A DNA stretch of 32,000 nucleotides from Geotalea uraniireducens Rf4 (GTDB lineage Bacteria > Desulfobacterota > Desulfuromonadia > Geobacterales > Geobacteraceae). Location of the stretch: positions 3,600,001 through 3,632,000 of the forward strand of contig NC_009483.1 of NCBI RefSeq assembly GCF_000016745.1, written 5' to 3'. The translations under genes were made by a program, and so were the position numbers. The stretch's first letter is position 1. Every line of letters starts with the position of its first letter. Positions 1-6,416 of this stretch are shown here, piece after piece. The notes beneath the pieces are model-generated. The model was given only the letters and a program-made list of their open reading frames with translations. It made no database searches and was not told where the DNA came from.

Positions 1-381
1 GGAAGGACTGATGTTGTTGAACCCACCGGGCGCCCAATAGATCCAAAAGTCCGATTGGGTCGGGTCGTTACACGACATGTTGCCGTAGTAGTAAACGTTG
101 GTGAAAGCGATGTAGAAGGATTGCTGTTGGGGAAAATTAAAATTGATGTTGGTGATTGGGAAACCGCCCATGGACTGCGGAAAGTTCTTTACCGTGCAGT
201 TCATGTCAATCCCGAACGTGGAGGCAGATTGAATGGCCGCTAAGATAGCGGGGTTATAACCGTCAACGACTCCGCCAAACTGGGAGCAGAAAACGCCCGC
301 AGCCTGCGCACGCGAGGCCGCACCCAGCACCAGGAGCAGAAGAGCAATGACGATATTGAAGCGAAGTGAGTAAATTTTCAT
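1..381 (-). CDS. Hypothetical secreted protein, partial (first 127 codons; continues past the window start)
   Basis: Absent from the supplied ORF track because it has no stop in the window. The reverse-strand ATG at 379-381 opens a frame that stays open to nt 1: MKIYSLRFNIVIALLLLVLGAASRAQA/AGVFCSQFGGVVDGYNPAILAAIQ... It has a classic n-h-c signal peptide with an AxA site. It lies 44 nt downstream of riboswitch terminator copy 1. No family recognised, and the SD is weak. Confidence 0.6.
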   Translation of the reverse strand, partial: MKIYSLRFNIVIALLLLVLGAASRAQAAGVFCSQFGGVVDGYNPAILAAIQSASTFGIDMNCTVKNFPQSMGGFPITNINFNFPQQQSFYIAFTNVYYYGNMSCNDPTQSDFWIYWAPGGFNNISPS

Positions 382-424
382 AACGATTCGCACTCAGCCC
401 TCGACAAGAATTGCACAGACATCC

Positions 425-465
425 AAAAATAAATAAGCGCTCTCACCTTCCGAAGATGAGAGCGC
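425..465 (-). terminator. Intrinsic terminator, expression platform of riboswitch copy 1
   Basis: The minus-strand RNA reads GCGCUCUCAUCUUCGGAAGGUGAGAGCGC (perfect GC-rich hairpin, plus-strand 437-465) followed by UUAUUUAUUUUU. Confidence 0.75.
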
Positions 466-504
466 CTTGTTGTCGGTAAAAACCGGGTACCAAGAGGCAA
501 ACTC

Positions 505-592
505 ATCTCTTCGGCAACCCGGCTATCCTTTTAGGTCAGGACCCGTGGCTTTGCGTCACCAGATTGCTCTGGTTTTGCCCGTTCGGAGAACG
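505..592 (-). promoter_or_regulatory. GEMM-I (c-di-GMP-I class) riboswitch aptamer, copy 1
   Basis: The minus-strand RNA reads ...UCUCCGAACGGGCAAAACCAGAGCAAUCUGGUGACGCAAAGCCACGGGUCCUGACCUAAAAGGAUAGCCGGGUUGCCGAAGAGA... It contains the conserved GEMM-I cores as I recall them from V. cholerae Vc2: GGGCAAA(A)CC, a GNRA-capped helix (CCAGA-GCAA-UCUGG), GACGCAAAGCC and GGGUU(G/A)CCGA. Confidence 0.85.
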
Positions 593-625
593 TTTTGAAG
601 CTTAGAACTGTTGACTGCGTAAACG

Positions 626-671
626 AAAAAACCCGCGCCATAGCCGATGATTCGACTGATAGCGCGGGTTT
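626..671 (-). terminator. Probable intrinsic terminator after the 54-aa ORF
   Basis: A 7-bp GC stem (632-638 cccgcgc paired with 662-668 gcgcggg) is flanked by an A-run (626-631) and ttt (669-671). On the minus strand this gives AAACCCGCGC...GCGCGGGUUUUUU. The loop is long (23 nt), so confidence is moderate. Confidence 0.5.
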
Positions 672-777
672 CACTTGCCCCGTAAGGATGAGACTTACCG
701 CTTTGTTCTATTCAATTCTGCCAGCAGAAATAACTTCTATTCGCCAGCATCATGCTTTGTTGGCAAAAGTCGCGAAA

Positions 778-942
778 TTATTTCAGGCGTTCCTGCTTCA
801 TCACATCGGACACCCGGTAATCGGCAACATTGATCGTCACCTGGAGACACGGCGCGGAGAGTAGGCCAATCTCTTTCATGCACTCGGTCAGCTTCCGCTT
901 CCACTCCGGGTCAAGGCCCGGTTTTCGTATGATCTTCTCCAT
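778..942 (-). CDS. Hypothetical small protein (54 aa), riboswitch-controlled
   Basis: ATG at 940-942 with GAGG 8 nt upstream; stop at 778-780. Sequence: MEKIIRKPGLDPEWKRKLTECMKEIGLLSAPCLQVTINVADYRVSDVMKQERLK. Track ORF 778..1047 would run through the riboswitch terminator, so the internal ATG is preferred. It is bracketed by terminator copy 2 upstream and a hairpin plus U-run downstream. No family recognised. Confidence 0.4.
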   Translation of the reverse strand: MEKIIRKPGLDPEWKRKLTECMKEIGLLSAPCLQVTINVADYRVSDVMKQERLK

Positions 943-963
943 GGCTATACCTCGTAGACCGAT

Positions 964-1007
964 AAAAAAAGGAGCACTCTCATCTTCCGAAGATAAGAGT
1001 GCTCCTT
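964..1007 (-). terminator. Intrinsic terminator, expression platform of riboswitch copy 2
   Basis: The minus-strand RNA reads GGAGCACUCUUAUCUUCGGAAGAUGAGAGUGCUCC (about 15-bp stem) followed by UUUUUUU. Confidence 0.85.
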
Positions 1008-1044
1008 TGTGTCGGTAACATACCGGGTGCCAGGATGCATATCT

Positions 1045-1132
1045 CATCTCTTCGGCAACCCGGCTATCCTTTAGGTCAGGACCCGTGGCTTTGCGTCACC
1101 AGATTACTCTGGTTTTGCCCGTTCGGAGAACG
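1045..1132 (-). promoter_or_regulatory. GEMM-I (c-di-GMP-I class) riboswitch aptamer, copy 2
   Basis: Same conserved cores as copy 1. The capped helix here is CCAGA-GUAA-UCUGG, so GCAA in copy 1 versus GUAA here preserves the GNRA tetraloop. Confidence 0.85.
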
Positions 1133-1206
1133 TTTTGAAGCTTAGATCAAATCGATGAACACCTCGCTCCTGCGCTTTTGAACAAAAAAATTACCTGCAC
1201 ATTCAA

Positions 1207-1250
1207 TAAAAAAAGGAGCACTCTTATCTTCCGAAGATAAGAGCGCTCCT
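1207..1250 (-). terminator. Intrinsic terminator, expression platform of riboswitch copy 3
   Basis: The minus-strand RNA reads AGGAGCGCUCUUAUCUUCGGAAGAUAAGAGUGCUCCU followed by a U-run. There is one C-A mismatch in the stem. Confidence 0.75.
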
Positions 1251-1285
1251 TGTGTCGGTAATATACCGGGTACCAAGATGCATAT

Positions 1286-1375
1286 CTCATCTCTTCGGCA
1301 ACCCGGCTATCCTTTTAGGTCAGGACCCGTAGCTTTGCGTCACCAGATTACTCTGGTTTTGCCCGTTCGGAGAAC
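1286..1375 (-). promoter_or_regulatory. GEMM-I (c-di-GMP-I class) riboswitch aptamer, copy 3
   Basis: Same cores as copies 1 and 2 (GGGCAAAACCAGAGUAAUCUGGUGACGCAAAGCUACGGGUCCUGACCUAAAAGGAUAGCCGGGUUGCCGAAGAGA). It differs from copy 2 by one C-to-U change after the GCAAAGC core. Confidence 0.8.
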
Positions 1376-1580
1376 GTTTTTTCATTGCTTAAATCGAATG
1401 GTTTTTCTTTTATCAAATGCCCCAAAGAATAGCAACAATTTTTTTGGCTGAGCAGAATATTTTTGCTCTTCAAGTGATTTTCGAGAAACTGTTTACTGTT
1501 GGCGTGACGTTCCCCCCCAAAAACTGACCCCAAAAGTTGTGTGAGACTTTCACAATTCGAAAGGACGCACAATAGGGGCG

Positions 1581-1629
1581 GAAAAAGCAAAAGGCCCTGA
1601 CTGCGAAAGAACTGCGAAAGTCAGGGGCC
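1581..1629 (-). terminator. Intrinsic terminator downstream of the tRNA-Gly fragment
   Basis: The minus-strand RNA reads GGCCCCUGAC-(18-nt loop)-GUCAGGGCC (9 bp with a 1-nt bulge) followed by UUUUGCUUUUU. It begins about 35 nt past the CCA end of the tRNA fragment. Confidence 0.6.
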
Positions 1630-1663
1630 AAAGCTTATAAGTAACTGATTTTAGAAATAAAAT

Positions 1664-1713
1664 TGGAGCGGGAAACGGGATTCGAAGCCGCGACCTTCAG
1701 CTTGGGAATCTGA
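1664..1713 (-). pseudogene. 3' fragment of tRNA-Gly(CCC) (anticodon arm to CCA); putative integrase att core
   Basis: The reverse complement reads tcaga-TTCCCAA-gctga aggtc GCGGC-TTCGAAT-CCCGT TTCCCGC T CCA. That gives an anticodon loop with CCC, a T-arm, and an acceptor 3' strand identical to E. coli tRNA-Gly (GTTTCCCGCTCCA). There is no D-arm or 5' acceptor strand upstream. The near-invariant G53 is C here, breaking the G53-C61 pair. Confidence 0.7.
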
Positions 1714-1883
1714 AATTTTATGGTTTCAGAATTATTCTGCGCGTCTCACCACCCCCTACATTACGTCCTTAACTAGTTGACATAGCAAGATTTGTCTTGT
1801 ATATCCCTTCCTATTCCTTCCAAATATTTTTGATCGTTGCCAAGACAGTAGAGGTTACACAGAGGTTACACGTGCCCGATACG

Positions 1884-3197
1884 ATGACACCCCAAAATCG
1901 ACAGCGCAAGCGTGAACAACGTAAACCCGGTCCTTTCACTGACAGGTTCATAAAAAGCCTCAAACCTGAAAGCGAAATGTACCAGGTGCGTGAGGGACGA
2001 GGATTTGCCATCCGTGTTCTACCAACAGGGGTCAAAACCTGGTACTACATCTACACCTTTAACGGCAAACGCAGACAACTCAATCTCGGCAACTACCCTG
2101 ACAAGAGCCTGGAAGACGCGCACAAGGTTTATCTGGAGTCCGCCGCCCTCGTAAAAAATGGCGTAGATCCCATGGACAAACCCGTTGCTGCAGACCCACC
2201 ACCCCCGCAGGTTGAGCTGACAGTGCGGCGCCTCGCCGTTGACCTCTATCTTGATGAGTGGTCGAAGATCCACCATTCGGAAAGATGGCATTACAATAAT
2301 AAGAAAGCCCTGGAAGCCGATGTTTTGCCGGCCTGGGGTGACCGTTTGGCTGCCGATATTCGCCGAAAGGATGCAGTGGAAATTCTGGAGCTCGTGGCGA
2401 AACGTGCGCCCGGCCAGGCCCGGAATGTTCTGAAGGCGGCAAGGGGTATGTATACCTACGCCGTCGACAGGGAACTGCTGGAGTACAACCCTTTCACCGA
2501 TATCAAGATATCCAGGACAATCCCCAAGATGCAGCCCATGTCCCGGGATCGTGAGCTCTCAGAAAAAGAAATCAAGCACCTCTGGAACGCGATAGATGAA
2601 GGAGGAGGGAGTGACGGCACAAAGCGTGCGCTGAAATTAATCCTGATCACCGGTCAGAGACCGGGTGAAGTCGTGGGGATGCACCGGCAGGAAATTGAAG
2701 GAAAATGGTGGACGATACCGTGGCAACGTATCAAGACCCGCAAGCGCCGCCAGGAAGATCATCGTATATACCTTTCGCCTCTGGCCATGTCGCTTATCGG
2801 AGATGGCAAGGGATTCATCTTCTCCGATCCATCCGGCGAAAACTCCATGACTGAGAATGCCCTGAGTCACCATGTTCGAAAAGACATTCCGGATACAGTA
2901 AAAAAGCCGTATTACGGTCTCCCCCGCTGGACGCCACATGATCTCCGCCGCACGGCGGCTACCAGACTGTCCAGGATCGGGGCATCCGACGAAATCATCG
3001 ACGTAATTCTGAACCACGCAAAAAAAGGGGTTAGCGGAATTTACAATCGGAACAAGTACGACAAGGAAAAACAACAGTGGCTCACCAAGTGGTCTCAGCA
3101 TCTGGAGAAACTTATAAATGGCAAACAAGCTGCCACCAGCACGAGTAACCGTGGCAAAAAGCGAGGTAAGAAGGCCGGCGACGACAAGAAATCTTGA
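1884..3197 (+). CDS. int: Tyrosine recombinase, P4-type phage/island integrase
   Basis: The N-terminal arm-type domain (FTDRFIKSLKPESEMYQVREGRGFAIRVLPTGVKTWYYIYTFNGKRRQLNLGNYPDKSLEDAH) is typical of tRNA-targeting integrases. The catalytic region has HDLRRTAATRL and ILNHAKKGVSGIYNRNKY. The ATG at 1884 is preferred over the track start at 1797, because homology begins near MTPQNRQ. Confidence 0.9.
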   Translation: MTPQNRQRKREQRKPGPFTDRFIKSLKPESEMYQVREGRGFAIRVLPTGVKTWYYIYTFNGKRRQLNLGNYPDKSLEDAHKVYLESAALVKNGVDPMDKPVAADPPPPQVELTVRRLAVDLYLDEWSKIHHSERWHYNNKKALEADVLPAWGDRLAADIRRKDAVEILELVAKRAPGQARNVLKAARGMYTYAVDRELLEYNPFTDIKISRTIPKMQPMSRDRELSEKEIKHLWNAIDEGGGSDGTKRALKLILITGQRPGEVVGMHRQEIEGKWWTIPWQRIKTRKRRQEDHRIYLSPLAMSLIGDGKGFIFSDPSGENSMTENALSHHVRKDIPDTVKKPYYGLPRWTPHDLRRTAATRLSRIGASDEIIDVILNHAKKGVSGIYNRNKYDKEKQQWLTKWSQHLEKLINGKQAATSTSNRGKKRGKKAGDDKKS

Positions 3198-3320
3198 TGC
3201 AGCTCCTCCCTCCCCCCCAAGTCCCCTGTTTAGTATTTCTAACTGATTGCTTTAGTTGCCGACATATGTTACATAATGTAGGCATATATTATTATCTGCC
3301 GACGTAATATCACCATAACC

Positions 3321-3923
3321 ATGAAAATTTCACCGATAGAAAAAATAATCAGCCTTGCCAAGGAAGGGGGCATCATCCGTCCCCGTGATCTGGATGCATA
3401 TGGCATCCCCAGGGAATACCTGCGCCGCCTTAGTGTCAAGGGAATCCTGGAGCGCCAGTCCCGCGGCATCTATACCCTTCATGAGGTCGAACTGACCCAG
3501 CATCACAGCCTGATGCAGGCATGCAAGCGGCTGCCGAAAGGGGTGGTCTGTCTCCTCTCCGCGCTCCGCTATCATGGTCTCACCACCCAGGCACCCTTTG
3601 AGATCTGGATGGCCATTGACCGCAAGGCACGGCTTCCCAAGGTGGAAGGGGTGCCGCTTCATCTCGTCCGTTTTTCCGGTGAGGCCCTCACTGAAGGAAT
3701 CGAGCGCCATCGGATCGAAGGTGTGGACGTGAGTGTCTATTGTCCGGCCAAGACCGTCGCCGACTGCTTCAAATACCGTAACAAGATCGGGCTGGATGTG
3801 GCACTCGAGGCCCTGCGCGAATGTCGGCGCGAGCGCCGCTGCACCATGGACGATCTTTGGCGCTATGCAAAGATCTGCCGGGTGGCAAACGTCATACGCC
3901 CCTACCTGGAGGCTCTTTCGTGA
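3321..3923 (+). CDS. abiEi: AbiEi-family antitoxin / transcriptional regulator (type IV TA)
   Basis: The N-terminal winged-helix region (IISLAKEGGIIRPRDLDAYGIPREYLRRLSVKGILERQSRGIYTL) and overall layout match AbiEi antitoxins as I recall them. Its stop overlaps the next gene's start in GTGA (3920-3923). Confidence 0.8.
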   Translation: MKISPIEKIISLAKEGGIIRPRDLDAYGIPREYLRRLSVKGILERQSRGIYTLHEVELTQHHSLMQACKRLPKGVVCLLSALRYHGLTTQAPFEIWMAIDRKARLPKVEGVPLHLVRFSGEALTEGIERHRIEGVDVSVYCPAKTVADCFKYRNKIGLDVALEALRECRRERRCTMDDLWRYAKICRVANVIRPYLEALS

Positions 3924-4854
3924 CCAGAAAGAATCCGTCTGACATTTCCGCTTCCGTGCGGCAACGTCCTAAATAGATCCAAGGGGCAAGGCGAAGATTT
4001 CCAGCTTGTCCTTACCCGTTTCGTCCTGGAAAGACTCCTTTACCGTCTAGGCCGTTCCCAGTTCCGAGAACAGTTCATTCTCAAGGGGGCCATGCTCTTT
4101 TCCCTGTGGGGCGACACACCTCACCGCGCCACACGCGACATTGACTTTCTCGGCTTTGGAGAAAGTGCAGTTAACCGGCTTGTACAGATTTTTCAAGCCG
4201 TATGCCTGACTCGGGTTGAAGAGGACGGAGTCATTTTCCTTCAGGAAAGCGTCAGGGGTATGGGAAATACGTGAAGACCAGGAATACGACGGGGTGCGGA
4301 TCACCTTGGAGGCTCGCCTGGGAGGGGCACGGATACCGGTGCAAGTGGACGTCGGCTTCGGTGATACGGTTACTCCCGAGGCGGACTATGCTGATTATCC
4401 GACCACGCTCGACTTCCCCGCGCCATATATCCGCGTCTACCCCCGAGAAACCGTGGTTGCGGAGAAATTTCAGGCAATGATATATCTCGGCATGGCTAAC
4501 AGCCGAATGAAAGATTTCTATGACCTCTGGATCATAGGAAAGACGTTCCCATTTGAGGGAAGAATCCTGGCACAGGCGATCATGGCCACATTTTCACGAC
4601 GCAGAACCGCTTTAACTGATGTCCTCCCCCTGGCTCTAACAGTGGAATTTTCAGAAGACTCCGGCAAGCAGACGCAATGGCGAGCGTTTATCAAAAGGAA
4701 CCAACTGGCACCAGCCGATTTATCTCTGCCCACGGTTATTGCCGAAATTAGGGAGTTTATCCAGCCGACGATGAATGCCACTGCACGGGGAGAAACTTTC
4801 GATTTTACCTGGCCACCGGGAGGACCGTGGCGGCATGTAGCAGGCGAAGCATGA
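3920..4854 (+). pseudogene. abiEii: AbiEii/AbiGii-family nucleotidyltransferase toxin, disrupted by two frameshifts
   Basis: The family-typical sequence is spread over three frames. The first piece is VTRKNPSDISASVRQR (3920-, stop TAG 3974-3976). The second is LNRSKGQGEDFQLVLTRFVLERLLYRLGRSQFREQFILKGAMLFSLWGDTPHRATRDIDFLG...ESVRG (frame open 3924-4274). The third is EIREDQEYDGVRITLEARLGGARIPVQVDVGFGD... to 4854. The shifts are near 3965 and 4258. Confidence 0.75.
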
Positions 4855-4897
4855 TTATTGCAGATTCTACTGCCTTCCGGCAGGAAACCCTGAAAAT

Positions 4898-5368
4898 ATG
4901 AGACACGAGCAGATTTCGATTATTGAGGCTATCAGACTCGATGAAGCCCGGCTTGCCCGACTGGATGAAGAAAGACAGGTTGTCAACGACCGATTACGGC
5001 ACCTGCATGCCCAACTCGCAGCCCTAGAAGTAGCAGCAACTCCTACCGTTGAATCTTCCTCTCTCTCGCCTGACGAAAAGATTGCCTTGTTTCGCTCCAT
5101 CTTCAGAGGGCGGGAAGATGTATTTCCCAAGCTCTGGATCAGTCAGAAAGGTGACCGTAAAGGCTATATGCCGGCTTGTGTCAATGACGGCAGCTACGCG
5201 ACCGGGGTCCTGGACGTGGCCATGATGCAGAGTCTGGTACGTAAAGAGGAGGTCGCCGACCTGGTGGCCGACTATGGCCAGGTCATCGTGGATGAATGTC
5301 ATCATCTGCCGGCATTCTCCTTCGAGCGGGTGCTGGCCGAGGTCAACGTTGGCAAGGGTCTGCTGTGA
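4898..5368 (+). pseudogene. Remnant of a primase-helicase (DEAD/DEAH-box) gene with internal and 3' deletions
   Basis: It starts with an N-terminal coiled coil plus SPDEKIALFRSIFRGREDVFPKLW...GYMPAC, typical of the N-terminus of large AEP-primase/helicase proteins. It then jumps directly to a helicase motif II segment (GVLDVAMMQSL...YGQVIVDECHHLPAFSFERVL) and stops. Only 156 aa remain of what is normally a protein several-fold larger. Confidence 0.5.
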
Positions 5369-5369
5369 G

Positions 5370-6252
5370 CTGTATCAAACTCCATATCTTGCCAGGCATA
5401 GGTCATATGGAAATAGCGACCGTACGACATAAACATGCCGTATCGCTCATCCAGTCGATTGCTTCCACCGTGCCGGGATCAGCACGTAACACTATGAAAT
5501 TTGCCAGACAGATGTTTAAATACGCTTGTCGCCAGGAATGGGCCAAAATTCAGCCATTCATCGAGATTACGGAAGCGGTGCCAAAGATTGCGCCGAAAGC
5601 TGATGAGCGTCACCTTGATGATGACGAGATCGTCAAGGCGTGGGATGAAATCAGCAAATCATCGAGCTCTCTCGAAGTAAAAAGGGCATTGAAGCTTATA
5701 CTCGTGACAACGCAGCGTCCCGGCGAAGTGGCACAAATGCACCGCGATCAGATTAAAGGGAGATGGTGGACAATCCCGTCTGAGGTAGCTGGGAAAAATG
5801 AGCGAGAGCATCGGGTCTACCTGACGGACACGGCCCTTGAGTTGATCGGGGATGGCAAGGGCTATATTTTCCACTCAGAGAGTGGAAAACGCGGGCATGT
5901 TTCAGGTAACACACTATCCCAAGCAATAAACCGCGGGTATTTGAGCGATGAAATAGTGAAGGTCGTCGGCAATCGGAAAATCAAGGCAAGAAAGGAACCC
6001 TATTTTGGCATGAAGCCTTGGTCACCCCATGATCTTCGTCGCACCGCTCGCACAAATATGGCACGTGTTGGGGTATCAGATGAAGTGGGTGAGGAAGTAG
6101 TGAACCACACAAAGCCAGGTGTGGTGGGGGTGTATAACAAGTACCGCTACGATAACGAGAAAAAAGACGCCCTTCTCAAATGGGAAAACCTTCTCCTAGA
6201 AATCCTGAAAGCTAAACCTGCAACCGCAGAAGATGTCGCAGAGGTTGCGTGA
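5370..6252 (+). pseudogene. N-terminally truncated P4-type integrase (second copy)
   Basis: It aligns to the integrase at 1884-3197 from about its residue 130 onward (KLHILPGIGHMEIATVRHKHAVSLI versus EADVLPAWGDRLAADIRRKDAVEIL; RALKLILVTTQRPGEV; HDLRRTARTNM; VVNHTKPGVVGVYNKYRY). The arm-binding N-terminal domain is absent. The leading 25 codons of track ORF 5296..6252 are out-of-frame overlap with the helicase remnant. Confidence 0.75.
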
Positions 6253-6416
6253 AGCTTGGATTTGCCGCTCGCAATAATCCCTGAACTGCTTTCGCTCATG
6301 ATCGTTATTTTGCGTCCTCGGGTTTATTACTAACGGTTACCAATATTCACCGAACAAATGACAACATAAGCCGAGACTATAATTTGAATTTCATATAAAT
6401 TAAAATTTAAATAAAG

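Noticed and set aside
425-1385. Three spaced direct repeats that could be mistaken for a CRISPR-like array
   Set aside because: The units are about 180 nt long and irregularly spaced, and one spacing contains a gene. Each folds as a riboswitch aptamer plus terminator. There is no short repeat/spacer periodicity and no cas genes.
595-1590. Track ORFs 595..864(+), 830..1018(+), 778..1047(-) full length, and 1348..1590(-)
   Set aside because: They run through riboswitch aptamers and terminators or lie antisense to the 54-aa ORF. They have no SD and no family resemblance. Only the inner 778..942 portion was kept, at low confidence.
1797-1883. Upstream ATG (1797) as the integrase start
   Set aside because: The extra 29 residues (MYIPSYSFQIFLIVAKTVEV...) are hydrophobic junk that reaches almost into the att region. 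Integrase-family similarity begins near the ATG at 1884.
2019-3128. Minus-strand ORFs inside the integrase gene (2019..2291, 2080..2442, 2637..3128)
   Set aside because: These are antisense shadow ORFs of a well-supported gene, with no motifs.
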